64,000 nucleotides of DNA from Clostridia bacterium (lineage in GTDB: Bacteria; Bacillota; Clostridia; UBA1212; DUPL01). Position 1 is the stretch's first letter, and each line of letters starts with the position of its first letter. Position numbers and translations under genes: made by a program. The notes below the pieces were generated by a model. That model was given only the letters and a program-made list of their open reading frames with translations, did not search any database and was not told the DNA's origin. The stretch covers positions 1 through 64,000 of the forward strand of contig JBMNIW010000007.1 of NCBI GenBank assembly GCA_050951325.1. The letters run 5' to 3'. This document shows positions 1-8,587 of the stretch, piece after piece.

Positions 1-197
1 GACGCTTACGTTTTAGCACTTCCAAAGCATCGGTATTCGTTCGTACCAGTTCTGCAATCTATGCCAAACGCACGTCCATGAATTGATTAAATTCTTGGTT
101 GTTGCTCTCTTTTAAGCTTACAACTGACTTCTTGCAAGATGTTTCTGTAGAGAGGTAACAAAAAGGATGCAGGTGATTTTAAGGCACTATGCTCTTT

Positions 198-362
198 TTA
201 TTGGGCATTATTTTTTGTAATGTAATGGACAACTATCCCTAAAACAATTTGAGCGATACTAAGTCCAAGAGGAATAAAAATCAGTTTCCATAGATCAAAA
301 ACTGTTGCTTCAGTTAATATAGCGCTAAGAATACCTATGATAAAGATCACCAATAGAATCAT
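198..362 (-). CDS. small hydrophobic two-helix membrane peptide or gene remnant (54 aa)
   Basis: Hand translation MILLVIFIIGILSAILTEATVFDLWKLIFIPLGLSIAQIVLGIVVHYITKNNAQ*; no clear RBS, so possibly the 3' end of a lost gene. Confidence 0.35.
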   Translation of the reverse strand: MILLVIFIIGILSAILTEATVFDLWKLIFIPLGLSIAQIVLGIVVHYITKNNAQ

Positions 363-586
363 AGAGTAAATCCCAATTATAATTTTTAATACAACATAAA
401 ACCCAGTGCTATAAGTTTTTTAATGTAAACATAAAAAACCTGCGGTGCACGAAATACTCACCTCGTAAAGATGATATACTCAACCATCTTGGTTCACTGT
501 ACGATAGACATGCACTGCTGTAAGAACCCTTCTATCCTCATTATTGATAATATACTTTCGAAACCAGTTCAATTACAAAGAGTGCA

Positions 587-616
587 TGCCGAAAGCAGAT
601 TGATCTACTTTCGGTA
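587..616 (-). terminator. hairpin after ECF sigma gene
   Basis: tgccgaaag...ctttcggta inverted repeat just downstream of the stop at 622. Confidence 0.5.
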
Positions 617-621
617 TATCA

Positions 622-2217
622 TTACACATTTATATACTTTCCTTCTATAAAGAACACGCCGTTTGTGAGTGGTTTCTCATCATCGGGTTTTTCAAGAATA
701 CCTCTTGATATCAGCTCATCTGTTACATAACCGATAATTGTATGTGTGTAACAGGAAACCCATTGATTAATCTGACTTTCAAGTCGTTTTGGCACGAAAT
801 TAACAAAGCTCTTTTTGATGCTGAGTATCAAATCAATAAGCAACTTATCCAGCTTTTCATCTTCTATATGGAACAAATTTGAAAACTCTAAAAACTGCTC
901 TTTGGTAAAGCAAGCAAAATTTAAGCTATACCTATTCTTGCAATTATCATCTTTAATGATGAGATTTAGTTGCAACAGCCTGACAATATCATCCTCAGAG
1001 AGCAAGTCGTCCGGAATGATCCCGTTTTTACATTTCTGGGGTATCTGATTTTGAGAAAGCCATCTTGTACCACCATTATGATAGATATCGTTATTGAAAT
1101 ACTTGATAATATTATAACAATAGATAACACCATCTTCTTCATCTGTTGCATTGCACCCGGACATGTACTCACCGGCATTATCATTTTCATCCTCAGCTTC
1201 CTGTATGATAAACCACCCGTAACCGCCATCCTTTCGTGGCGGATATGCTCCGTTTTCAAGATTCGGCAGACTGTTTTTTATATTTCTTATCTTTTCACGT
1301 AGCGCAAGAGGTAGAGCGATATATCCAAGTTTATTCATTCCAAAATCATGGCCATAAAAGCTCATTGCGGCGATATTTCGCGAGTAATCATTAAAAAGCT
1401 TTTCAAAGTAGTTTGCAACATCACTGACAATAGGTGCAAAACCCTTTTCCATTTGTGACTTATCCTTGTGCCGAAGGATTATAAAATCAGTAACATATTT
1501 CTTTCCCACCTGCTCTATGGCATCACCGTAAATCAAATTAGGCAGTGCATCTTCGATATACATTGTGGGTAGACCCGTTTTAAGACTGATTTCTTCAACT
1601 GTCAGCGGCTTTTCATAAGCGGCTTCACAAATTGCACGGGCAACCTGATTTGAAAGATACCTGTTGGGGTCCATTGAACCATTGCAAGTTGTAGTTACCC
1701 AATTGATACGCTTGTAAACCTTATCCATTTTATCCTCTCCTATCCTGTCTCGTACCTTCTGACGACTTACATTGAGTCGCCATTTGATTGTGGTTTCTGG
1801 TAGGTTATACTTTTCGGCAAGTATTTTTATTGGCATTTCTCCGATATAGTAATCTACCAGAATGTTCTTGTATTCGGAGGATAGCGTGTGAAGATAACGG
1901 AAAACCTGTTCATATTCATCTGCGATTGTCGTATCATCTACGACATCATAATCTCCCACGAGATCAATAGCAAACTCATCAACAGAAGCATTTGATTTGT
2001 TTTTCCATGATTCATAAAAACGAGCATACCGGTTATGAGCAATACGCCATACCCAGCCTTCAAGTGACTTAATATCATACTTTCGCACACCATCAAGTAC
2101 ATGAAGCATTATTTCACTTGCGAGATCTTCAGCATCTGCACGATTGTTGACACGTTTTAAACAAAAGTAAAAAACAGGCTCAATAAATCGTACAATTTCG
2201 TTTTCGCTAGCTTTCAC
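622..2217 (-). CDS. ECF-type sigma-70 factor with ~365 aa C-terminal extension (wHTH plus unknown region)
   Basis: Region 2 (ADAEDLASEI, WVWRIAHN) and region 4 (LAEKYNLPETTIKWRL); GTG start preceded by AGGAGGAGG. Confidence 0.85.
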   Translation of the reverse strand: MKASENEIVRFIEPVFYFCLKRVNNRADAEDLASEIMLHVLDGVRKYDIKSLEGWVWRIAHNRYARFYESWKNKSNASVDEFAIDLVGDYDVVDDTTIADEYEQVFRYLHTLSSEYKNILVDYYIGEMPIKILAEKYNLPETTIKWRLNVSRQKVRDRIGEDKMDKVYKRINWVTTTCNGSMDPNRYLSNQVARAICEAAYEKPLTVEEISLKTGLPTMYIEDALPNLIYGDAIEQVGKKYVTDFIILRHKDKSQMEKGFAPIVSDVANYFEKLFNDYSRNIAAMSFYGHDFGMNKLGYIALPLALREKIRNIKNSLPNLENGAYPPRKDGGYGWFIIQEAEDENDNAGEYMSGCNATDEEDGVIYCYNIIKYFNNDIYHNGGTRWLSQNQIPQKCKNGIIPDDLLSEDDIVRLLQLNLIIKDDNCKNRYSLNFACFTKEQFLEFSNLFHIEDEKLDKLLIDLILSIKKSFVNFVPKRLESQINQWVSCYTHTIIGYVTDELISRGILEKPDDEKPLTNGVFFIEGKYINV

Positions 2218-2702
2218 GCTGCCTCCTCCTTTCGTTTTGGTTCATAATCATGATTACACCCATATAGTGCCGGAAAATTTAGATGGATAGGTACTTTGGA
2301 ATATATTTTATCAAAAATTTCTGTCCGATTCTACAACAATGCAATGCTGCACCTGAATTGTCAGTATCACAGTGAGCGATTTTATCATACATTGAGACAT
2401 TTGGCTGACACTTGTTGTGTTAAAATTTCAGATAGATCTTGAAAAAGTCATAATTTTACTCTCTACTCAAAAACGGAGTTGAAATCGAGGTGGAGAGTTA
2501 GTGCTCCACCTTATTTTTTTGTCTTGTGAACCCTTTCGTTAGCGCGGGTATAGAAAAAAGAGCTGCTTTACAATAAATTGTGTAATTTTGATCCTGAACC
2601 GGCAGTAATGAGAAAGGATAAAAGTGACGAAAATGTACTAATTACAAGCATTTCCGACATAAAAAAAGAACGCAGGCTTTGTTTAATCCTAACGTTCTTA
2701 TC

Positions 2703-2785
2703 TGGTACGGGTAACAGGAGTTGAACCTGCACGGTTGCCCACCGGAACCTAAATCCGGCGCGTCTGCCAGTTCCGCCATACCCGC
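2703..2785 (-). tRNA. tRNA-Leu (anticodon TAG), CCA encoded
   Basis: Reverse complement GCGGGTATGGCGGAACTGGCAGACGCGCCGGATTTAGGTTCCGGTGGGCAACCGTGCAGGTTCAACTCCTGTTACCCGTACCA: D-loop TGG, anticodon stem CCGGA/TCCGG, long variable arm, GGTTCAA T-loop. Confidence 0.95.
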
Positions 2786-2835
2786 GTAGACATTATCATA
2801 TCAGAAAAGTGTCTATTTTGCAAGTACTTTTAGTG

Positions 2836-3102
2836 CTATTCCATAGCCAGTCTAGCCTTGTCATAATCCTTGCGTTTGACATAAATATAATAGACGTAAG
2901 AGACATGGTCCTTTGCCGGAGAATAAGACATGGCATATCTCTGATACGATTGGGCATAGGAGGATTGCAGTATTGTTGGGGAACTTTTTACAGTCTTTAT
3001 ATAACAAGGTATGTTCTTCTCGTCTAGATTCGCTCTAACCCTAGCAAATTCTTCTGCAGAACTGTCAACCAAAAGCTTCTTGTTGTAAATCAGCCTGAAC
3101 AT
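2836..3102 (-). CDS. small hypothetical protein (DUF2007-like pattern)
   Basis: 88 aa ORF with AGGGG RBS; C-terminal YYIYVKRKDYDKA pattern. Confidence 0.6.
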   Translation of the reverse strand: MFRLIYNKKLLVDSSAEEFARVRANLDEKNIPCYIKTVKSSPTILQSSYAQSYQRYAMSYSPAKDHVSYVYYIYVKRKDYDKARLAME

Positions 3103-3216
3103 TATTCCAACCCCTTTCAGTCAAATTATACCACAAATGTAATAAGTAAAGAATAATTAATTGTAATTCTGAAACAAAAGTCCTAGAATCAGTACATACA
3201 TATTGGAGGTGACACT

Positions 3217-3723
3217 GTGAATGACAAAAACATGGAAGAAATCTTTACAAAACATGCCCAGACCGTATATAAATATCTGTACTCCATGACTAGAAATGAA
3301 CACCTTTCAGAGGAACTGACTCAGGAGACCTTTGCCATTGCAGTCTCCTCCATAAACCGCTTTAGAGGCGAGTGCAAGATATCGGTATGGCTGTGTCAGA
3401 TAGCAAAGTATCAGTGGTACAAGGAATTGGAAAGAAGGAAGAAGTATAAGATGGAATCCATTGATATTTATGACAACAGTCTTTTTACAGCAGGCTTTGA
3501 AAATGAAATAGAGTTTAAAGATGTAGTAAAGATACTGCTTGAGGAGCTTGAGAGCCTTGACCCTGCAACACAGGAGGTAATCAGGCTTAGAATATTTGGA
3601 AATATGAGTTACAAAGAGATTGGAGAAGTGCTGGGAAAAACGGAAAACTGGGCCAGAGTCACCTTCTACAGAGGAAAACTGAAACTAAAGGAAAGGATGG
3701 AAAAGGATGAAGGACAATCTTAG
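3217..3723 (+). CDS. ECF RNA polymerase sigma factor
   Basis: SEELTQETF, WLCQIAK, SYKEIGEVLGKTENWARVTFYRGK; GGAGGTG RBS. Confidence 0.92.
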   Translation: MNDKNMEEIFTKHAQTVYKYLYSMTRNEHLSEELTQETFAIAVSSINRFRGECKISVWLCQIAKYQWYKELERRKKYKMESIDIYDNSLFTAGFENEIEFKDVVKILLEELESLDPATQEVIRLRIFGNMSYKEIGEVLGKTENWARVTFYRGKLKLKERMEKDEGQS

Positions 3724-4516
3724 GTGTGAAATAGTTGAGGATTTGCTGCCCCTTTATACAGACAATTTGACAAGTTATTTTACAAGTGAAGCTGTAAAAA
3801 ATCATTTGTCTTCATGTGAAAGATGCTCCAAAGTTTATGAAATCATGATAGAACCTGTTGAGAATGAAAAGATAGAAAAGAAGGAAATAGACTGGTTTAG
3901 AAAAATCAGAAGGAACAAGTACACTCTTGCACTTATTGCAGTCTTTTTAATGAGCACCTTTGTTATCCTGTATGATTTCTTCACCTCATTTACATCAGTC
4001 AGAATAGATGTAATGTGGACGTATCTCTACTATACAAAGGTTGAGAAATGGCTGATTCCATATTACGCAATATCAATTTTGTCCCTTTTTTTACTTATAA
4101 TTATTTGGTATAAAAACAACAGACATCGGATTGGAAAAAAAGCAAAACAAGCTGCATGCATTATACTGCTTATAATTCTAGTGTTAAACTTTGCCTACCA
4201 AACAACCTCTTACTTTCACTACGAAGGACTTAAAAAGGAGCTTAAGATAATTGCGGAAGGTAAATCCGATATACGGCCAAGCATGACCTTTGTGCAGTGT
4301 CTAAAGGAAGAATACATCTCCTCCTCTGAGTATTGGGAGCACGATATTTCAACCCCTCTTATTCTTCATGCCTTTGGCAAAGGAAAAGTGTATCTTGTTT
4401 ATTCAATAACGAGCGAGCACACCGGAACATCAAACGCACCTGTAATAATTTCATACAAATTGATGAAAGGAAAAGTCGTAATTACGGATATTGACGAATC
4501 CGGTCATGGCGTTTGA
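3707..4516 (+). CDS. zf-HC2 zinc-binding membrane anti-sigma factor
   Basis: CEIVEDLLPLY...HLSSCERC (HxxxCxxC), three TM segments, overlaps the sigma stop. Confidence 0.88.
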   Translation: MKDNLRCEIVEDLLPLYTDNLTSYFTSEAVKNHLSSCERCSKVYEIMIEPVENEKIEKKEIDWFRKIRRNKYTLALIAVFLMSTFVILYDFFTSFTSVRIDVMWTYLYYTKVEKWLIPYYAISILSLFLLIIIWYKNNRHRIGKKAKQAACIILLIILVLNFAYQTTSYFHYEGLKKELKIIAEGKSDIRPSMTFVQCLKEEYISSSEYWEHDISTPLILHAFGKGKVYLVYSITSEHTGTSNAPVIISYKLMKGKVVITDIDESGHGV

Positions 4517-4600
4517 TTTGCATATCAAAATAAAAAGGTATATAATCTATCCGTTCGTATAAAAATGTTATACGCACTTGTATATTTGAGGAGTTGTAAG

Positions 4601-5161
4601 ATGGGTATTGGAGAAATCATACTGACAGCCTTTGCACTGGCTATGGACGCTTTTTCTGTCGCCATATGCAACGGGCTTTCAGCAAAAAAGAGTACATTCA
4701 AACAGGCTGCTGCGACAGCCATATTTTTTGGTGGATTCCAGGCATTGATGCCACTTTTGGGTTTTTACATAGGAAAACAATTTGAAGATATAATTACACC
4801 GATAGATCATTGGATAATATTTTTCCTGCTTGCATTCATAGGAGTCAAAATGATCATGGAATCAAGCTCTTGCGAAGTAGAAAGCAATGCTTTTGCATTA
4901 AAGAATCTGTTTTCTCTTGCAGTTGCCACCAGCCTTGATGCTCTGGCAGTTGGCATTTCATTTGCATGGCTTAAAGTAAATATTATCGTTGCTGTTCTTT
5001 TTATAGGAGTAATTACTCTTGTACTTTCATTCCTTGGTGTTAAGATTGGCACCTATTTGGGCTCAAAGTTCAAAACCTGTTCGGAAAGAATTGGAGGAGT
5101 TGTCCTTATCCTTATTGGACTTAAAATACTCTTGGAACACCTGGGGGTTTTGCCTTTTTAA
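4601..5161 (+). CDS. mntP: manganese efflux pump MntP
   Basis: LAMDAFSV and TSLDALAVG motifs; start placed at the ATG after GAGGAG. Confidence 0.9.
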   Translation: MGIGEIILTAFALAMDAFSVAICNGLSAKKSTFKQAAATAIFFGGFQALMPLLGFYIGKQFEDIITPIDHWIIFFLLAFIGVKMIMESSSCEVESNAFALKNLFSLAVATSLDALAVGISFAWLKVNIIVAVLFIGVITLVLSFLGVKIGTYLGSKFKTCSERIGGVVLILIGLKILLEHLGVLPF

Positions 5162-6243
5162 TAGTGGACCCTTATAAAATGAAACTTTATTTTCTTGTTA
5201 CTCCATCCCAAATCCCAAGGCACCCGATATCTGTCCGTATTATGGCAGTTTACAAGAGCATAACCTCTCGAATCCTGCCCAGTCACGACGGATATGTGCG
5301 CTATTTTTCCGTTTTTTTCATAGGCAACTATATCTCCAGGAAGCAGCTTGTATGAAAGCTTTAATACTGTGTTGTAATTTCCACTTACAATCAACGAGCC
5401 TCTCCCGCTTGAAACAATATAGCTGTAAAGCCCTCTTGCGCTCAGCCAGGCCATGCTTCCTTCCTTGTCGTAGTTCCAGACCGAATTCTTTCTCAGTTTA
5501 CCACCTTCATGCATGCACTGGGAAGCAAAATTTGCACAGTCTCCTCCAATGGAGTTATAATTTTTGTACTTTGGGTTATAGGAATATCCATGCTCGCCAC
5601 TGGCTGCAGCGCCACAGTACCTGTCTGCATATTCAATAACTCCCAGTCTTCTGGGATTTAAATTACTGAAATCTCTTGCTTCATTCGATAATATGAATTT
5701 CTTGTTCTGCTCCATTTTAAGGTTGTCAAGCTCCAGGGAATCCGCAAAAGGATCTGTATACCACTCCCTGTCTATGGACCATTTCCCATCCTTTTGTGTC
5801 ATTTCAACAAGATGGTAAGTACCAATACGCATTAGAGTGATATCTTCCGGTCTATCCTCATACGCATAGTAGTAGGATGTGGACGCAAGCATGTTTGCAA
5901 CCATGTTCCCGTTGTCTTTCATCCTTGTCCACCTTATGACAAGATTCGAATTGATATCCGTAAACACAACACCCTGTTTATCGGACCAGTTTTTTAAATA
6001 CCTGATTCTCTTTATTTCATGCTCGCATGCCCATTTTCCACTAGTTCTCGTCATATCGTACAAAGCCTTTACAGCTTCCTCATCCTGTGCAATAAAAGCT
6101 TTGTTTTTTGTCTTAATTATATTTTCTACAATTGGAAAAACATAAGACTCCTCAATGCTTCCTTCAGAAAAAGCAGTGATGTTTAAAACAATTGAGAACA
6201 AGAGAATAAAAAGGATGAATCTTGCAAATCTCTTGAAAGACAT
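5158..6243 (-). CDS. secreted Amidase_6-domain (putative cell-wall/spore amidase) protein
   Basis: Signal peptide; GGDCANFASQC, GDIVAY, HISVV, VNCHN motifs; GGAGG RBS before MSFKRF. Confidence 0.82.
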   Translation of the reverse strand: MSFKRFARFILFILLFSIVLNITAFSEGSIEESYVFPIVENIIKTKNKAFIAQDEEAVKALYDMTRTSGKWACEHEIKRIRYLKNWSDKQGVVFTDINSNLVIRWTRMKDNGNMVANMLASTSYYYAYEDRPEDITLMRIGTYHLVEMTQKDGKWSIDREWYTDPFADSLELDNLKMEQNKKFILSNEARDFSNLNPRRLGVIEYADRYCGAAASGEHGYSYNPKYKNYNSIGGDCANFASQCMHEGGKLRKNSVWNYDKEGSMAWLSARGLYSYIVSSGRGSLIVSGNYNTVLKLSYKLLPGDIVAYEKNGKIAHISVVTGQDSRGYALVNCHNTDRYRVPWDLGWSNKKIKFHFIRVHY

Positions 6244-6274
6244 GTCAACCTCCACAATCATAATCACAGAGGTT

Positions 6275-6303
6275 AATATGTGCATTTGATTTTGATTTAT
6301 GCT
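6275..6303 (-). promoter_or_regulatory. sporulation sigma (SigG/SigE-like) promoter of the amidase gene
   Basis: Minus strand GCATA-N17-CATATTA. Confidence 0.5.
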
Positions 6304-6545
6304 GTAAAAAAATAAAAGAATAAAGGACTCCGCATTCAGGTGATGATTCGTACTAAAAGTCATCTACGTTTAAGGTGCTTTTGTTCTTCGTTCATTACAA
6401 CATCATGCGAAATCCTTTATACATATATAATATACCTGAAGAATCAAACAAGTGCAAATTTTTTTGATAATTTTATAGAAAATTTTTGTAACCGCCGCCA
6501 TATTGCCCTTCATATAATGTAATATAATCACGATTGGAGGTCATT

Positions 6546-7592
6546 ATGACAACTGACGAACGCTTAAACATAAACGTAAATGATATCAATGATAATATTG
6601 AGACACAAAAAGTCAAAGAAAAATGTGAGGTATGCGAACTGACAGACTGTAGCAACACTATAAACTTCAAGAATCTGTTGGTCGTACCAAAAGAGTTTTG
6701 CCCCGTCCCCCCGGGATGCTGGGATAGTCTCAACATATCTGTAAAACCAAATCTGCACTGCCAGCTGAGTATCTGCAGCGTGCTGGATGCAAAACTGGTT
6801 TATACGGATCCATGCGGTAAAAGCCACAAAATAGAGAACTACTCTATTAGAGTAAAAAAAGCAAGAGTGGTAGGATGCATAGACTATATAATTAGTGCCA
6901 GTTATGCATTGACTGACGTTGATTGTCCCCCAGCATCGGTTTCCGGCTTTTACACAATTCATGTAGATAGAGTAATTGAGTTCCTGGATGATTTGGATGT
7001 TTGTCATTGCTCCGTTTACATTAAAGACACCAAAGTTTGTTTTGACAATCCTCCTGAGTTCATGTATGGCAACGACCATGCATTGAAAATAAAGGGAGAG
7101 TTCGAATTAGGATTAGGTTACATAAGAAATGGAAGCTTTGAAAGAAACCTGGCCGGTTGGAAATTGGATGTACCATCAGGCGCCGAGACCAGAACAGTAA
7201 GCTCCTTTGACACATATGAGCCCATAGAAGGCAATTACTTTGCACTTATGAAAACAAACGGTCCCGGAGCTTACAACGAGATGGAACAGTCCTTTTACGC
7301 AGAACCAGGCGACAAGATTTGTGGCTGGTCTTTCTTTCTAACAAACGACTACTTCCCATACGACGACAACTGCGAAGTATCCCTGTATAAAGGCAATGAT
7401 AAAATTGCTACATTGTTCTTTGCAAGTGTTACCACAGTAGGCGACTATGGCCGCACACCTTGGACCTATTGGGAGCACAAGATAACAGAAAAAGGAAAAT
7501 ACAAGATCAAAGCCAAAATTGCAAATGTTGGTGACTCGTCAGTAGACAGTTATATGGGACTGGATGCCATTAAATTGACTTCCAAAAAATAA
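6546..7592 (+). CDS. Cys-rich putative spore coat/exosporium protein fused to a jelly-roll (CBM-like) domain
   Basis: Many Cys in the N-terminal ~190 aa; C-terminal domain starts NGSFERNLAGW; CATATAAT upstream; GGAGG RBS. Confidence 0.5.
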   Translation: MTTDERLNINVNDINDNIETQKVKEKCEVCELTDCSNTINFKNLLVVPKEFCPVPPGCWDSLNISVKPNLHCQLSICSVLDAKLVYTDPCGKSHKIENYSIRVKKARVVGCIDYIISASYALTDVDCPPASVSGFYTIHVDRVIEFLDDLDVCHCSVYIKDTKVCFDNPPEFMYGNDHALKIKGEFELGLGYIRNGSFERNLAGWKLDVPSGAETRTVSSFDTYEPIEGNYFALMKTNGPGAYNEMEQSFYAEPGDKICGWSFFLTNDYFPYDDNCEVSLYKGNDKIATLFFASVTTVGDYGRTPWTYWEHKITEKGKYKIKAKIANVGDSSVDSYMGLDAIKLTSKK

Positions 7593-7611
7593 CTCCTCCT
7601 ATATGTTCAGG

Positions 7612-7636
7612 AACACCGCTCTCAATGAGCGGTGTT
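7612..7636. terminator. hairpin between convergent genes
   Basis: aacaccgctc-tcaat-gagcggtgtt. Confidence 0.7.
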
Positions 7637-8587
7637 TCATATCTCATCACCAAGGTTCAGTTTTTTCGCCGCCTTGTAGACTTCCTTCTCCTTCTTTGCA
7701 TATGTCCTTTTTTCAATACCGTTCTTTGTACAAACATCCAATATTACATGGCCCTTTCTAAGCTTTGGAGGAAAAACTATAACTCCCTCCCTTTCACTCT
7801 CAAACTCTATTTTGGACACACATATATACGAAAACTTCTCATCTTCATAAGGAAGCGTTCCGCCTTTTGCATACCTGAGAAAATCAGGACGGTTTACTCT
7901 TTGTGCAAAATGGCACCATTCTTCCTCAGGCATGGGACAGGTATCATTATGTGTACACGGTCCAATGATTTTGCCCCCGCTTTCAACAAGCAGGCTTCTT
8001 AATTCATCAATAATCCCAAAACCTAGTCTTGAACCAGGCTCAACCAAGACAAGCACACCTTTTGTACTCTCCCATAATCTTTTAATAAGACTTTCCCTCT
8101 TATCCTTGTCTATCTCATTCAGCATATATGATGAAACAACAATATCACTCTTGTCAAAATCCACATCCCTGGTAATGTCTTCCCCATGCCACTCTATATT
8201 GTATTTTCCGTCCAAAAACTCAAGCATTCTTTTTCCTACCTGTATCATGCTTCCTTCATGTTCAAAAAGCTTAAAGTCAGTCAAAGAATCAAACAAAAGA
8301 GAAGACGCCCATACAGACGTGGCAGGGCCCGCCCCCACGTCCAATAGTGTTTCGGGTTTGAAATGGGGCATCTTGCTCACAATCTTGTTAAAAACATAGT
8401 ATAGGGATGCAAAAGTTGCAGGCATCCTGTAGGCAACATAGGCTTTGGCCTCATCCTCTCCGGATACAAAACCTTTCATCCCTCTGTAGTTGTTTGAAAC
8501 GTTTCTTGCCGTCTCGGCAATTTCCGACAAAGGATACCCTTCAATTTCCCTGCGTATTGCATCAACTAATCTTTCCGGCAGATTCAT
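7637..8587 (-). CDS. Rsm22/METTL17-family SAM-dependent methyltransferase
   Basis: AYVAYRMPATF, LDVGAGPAT, LVEPGS, PCTHNDTCP..WCHF, EDEKFSY, RKGHVILDVC. Confidence 0.85.
   Translation of the reverse strand: MNLPERLVDAIRREIEGYPLSEIAETARNVSNNYRGMKGFVSGEDEAKAYVAYRMPATFASLYYVFNKIVSKMPHFKPETLLDVGAGPATSVWASSLLFDSLTDFKLFEHEGSMIQVGKRMLEFLDGKYNIEWHGEDITRDVDFDKSDIVVSSYMLNEIDKDKRESLIKRLWESTKGVLVLVEPGSRLGFGIIDELRSLLVESGGKIIGPCTHNDTCPMPEEEWCHFAQRVNRPDFLRYAKGGTLPYEDEKFSYICVSKIEFESEREGVIVFPPKLRKGHVILDVCTKNGIEKRTYAKKEKEVYKAAKKLNLGDEI

Noticed and set aside
4517-4600. yybP-ykoY manganese riboswitch upstream of mntP
   Set aside because: Region is short and AT-rich, with no recognisable riboswitch helices or conserved loops
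6320-6410. Tiny minus-strand ORFs (MML*, MNEEQKHLKRR*) between the amidase and Cys-rich genes
   Set aside because: Too short, with no structure or homology evidence
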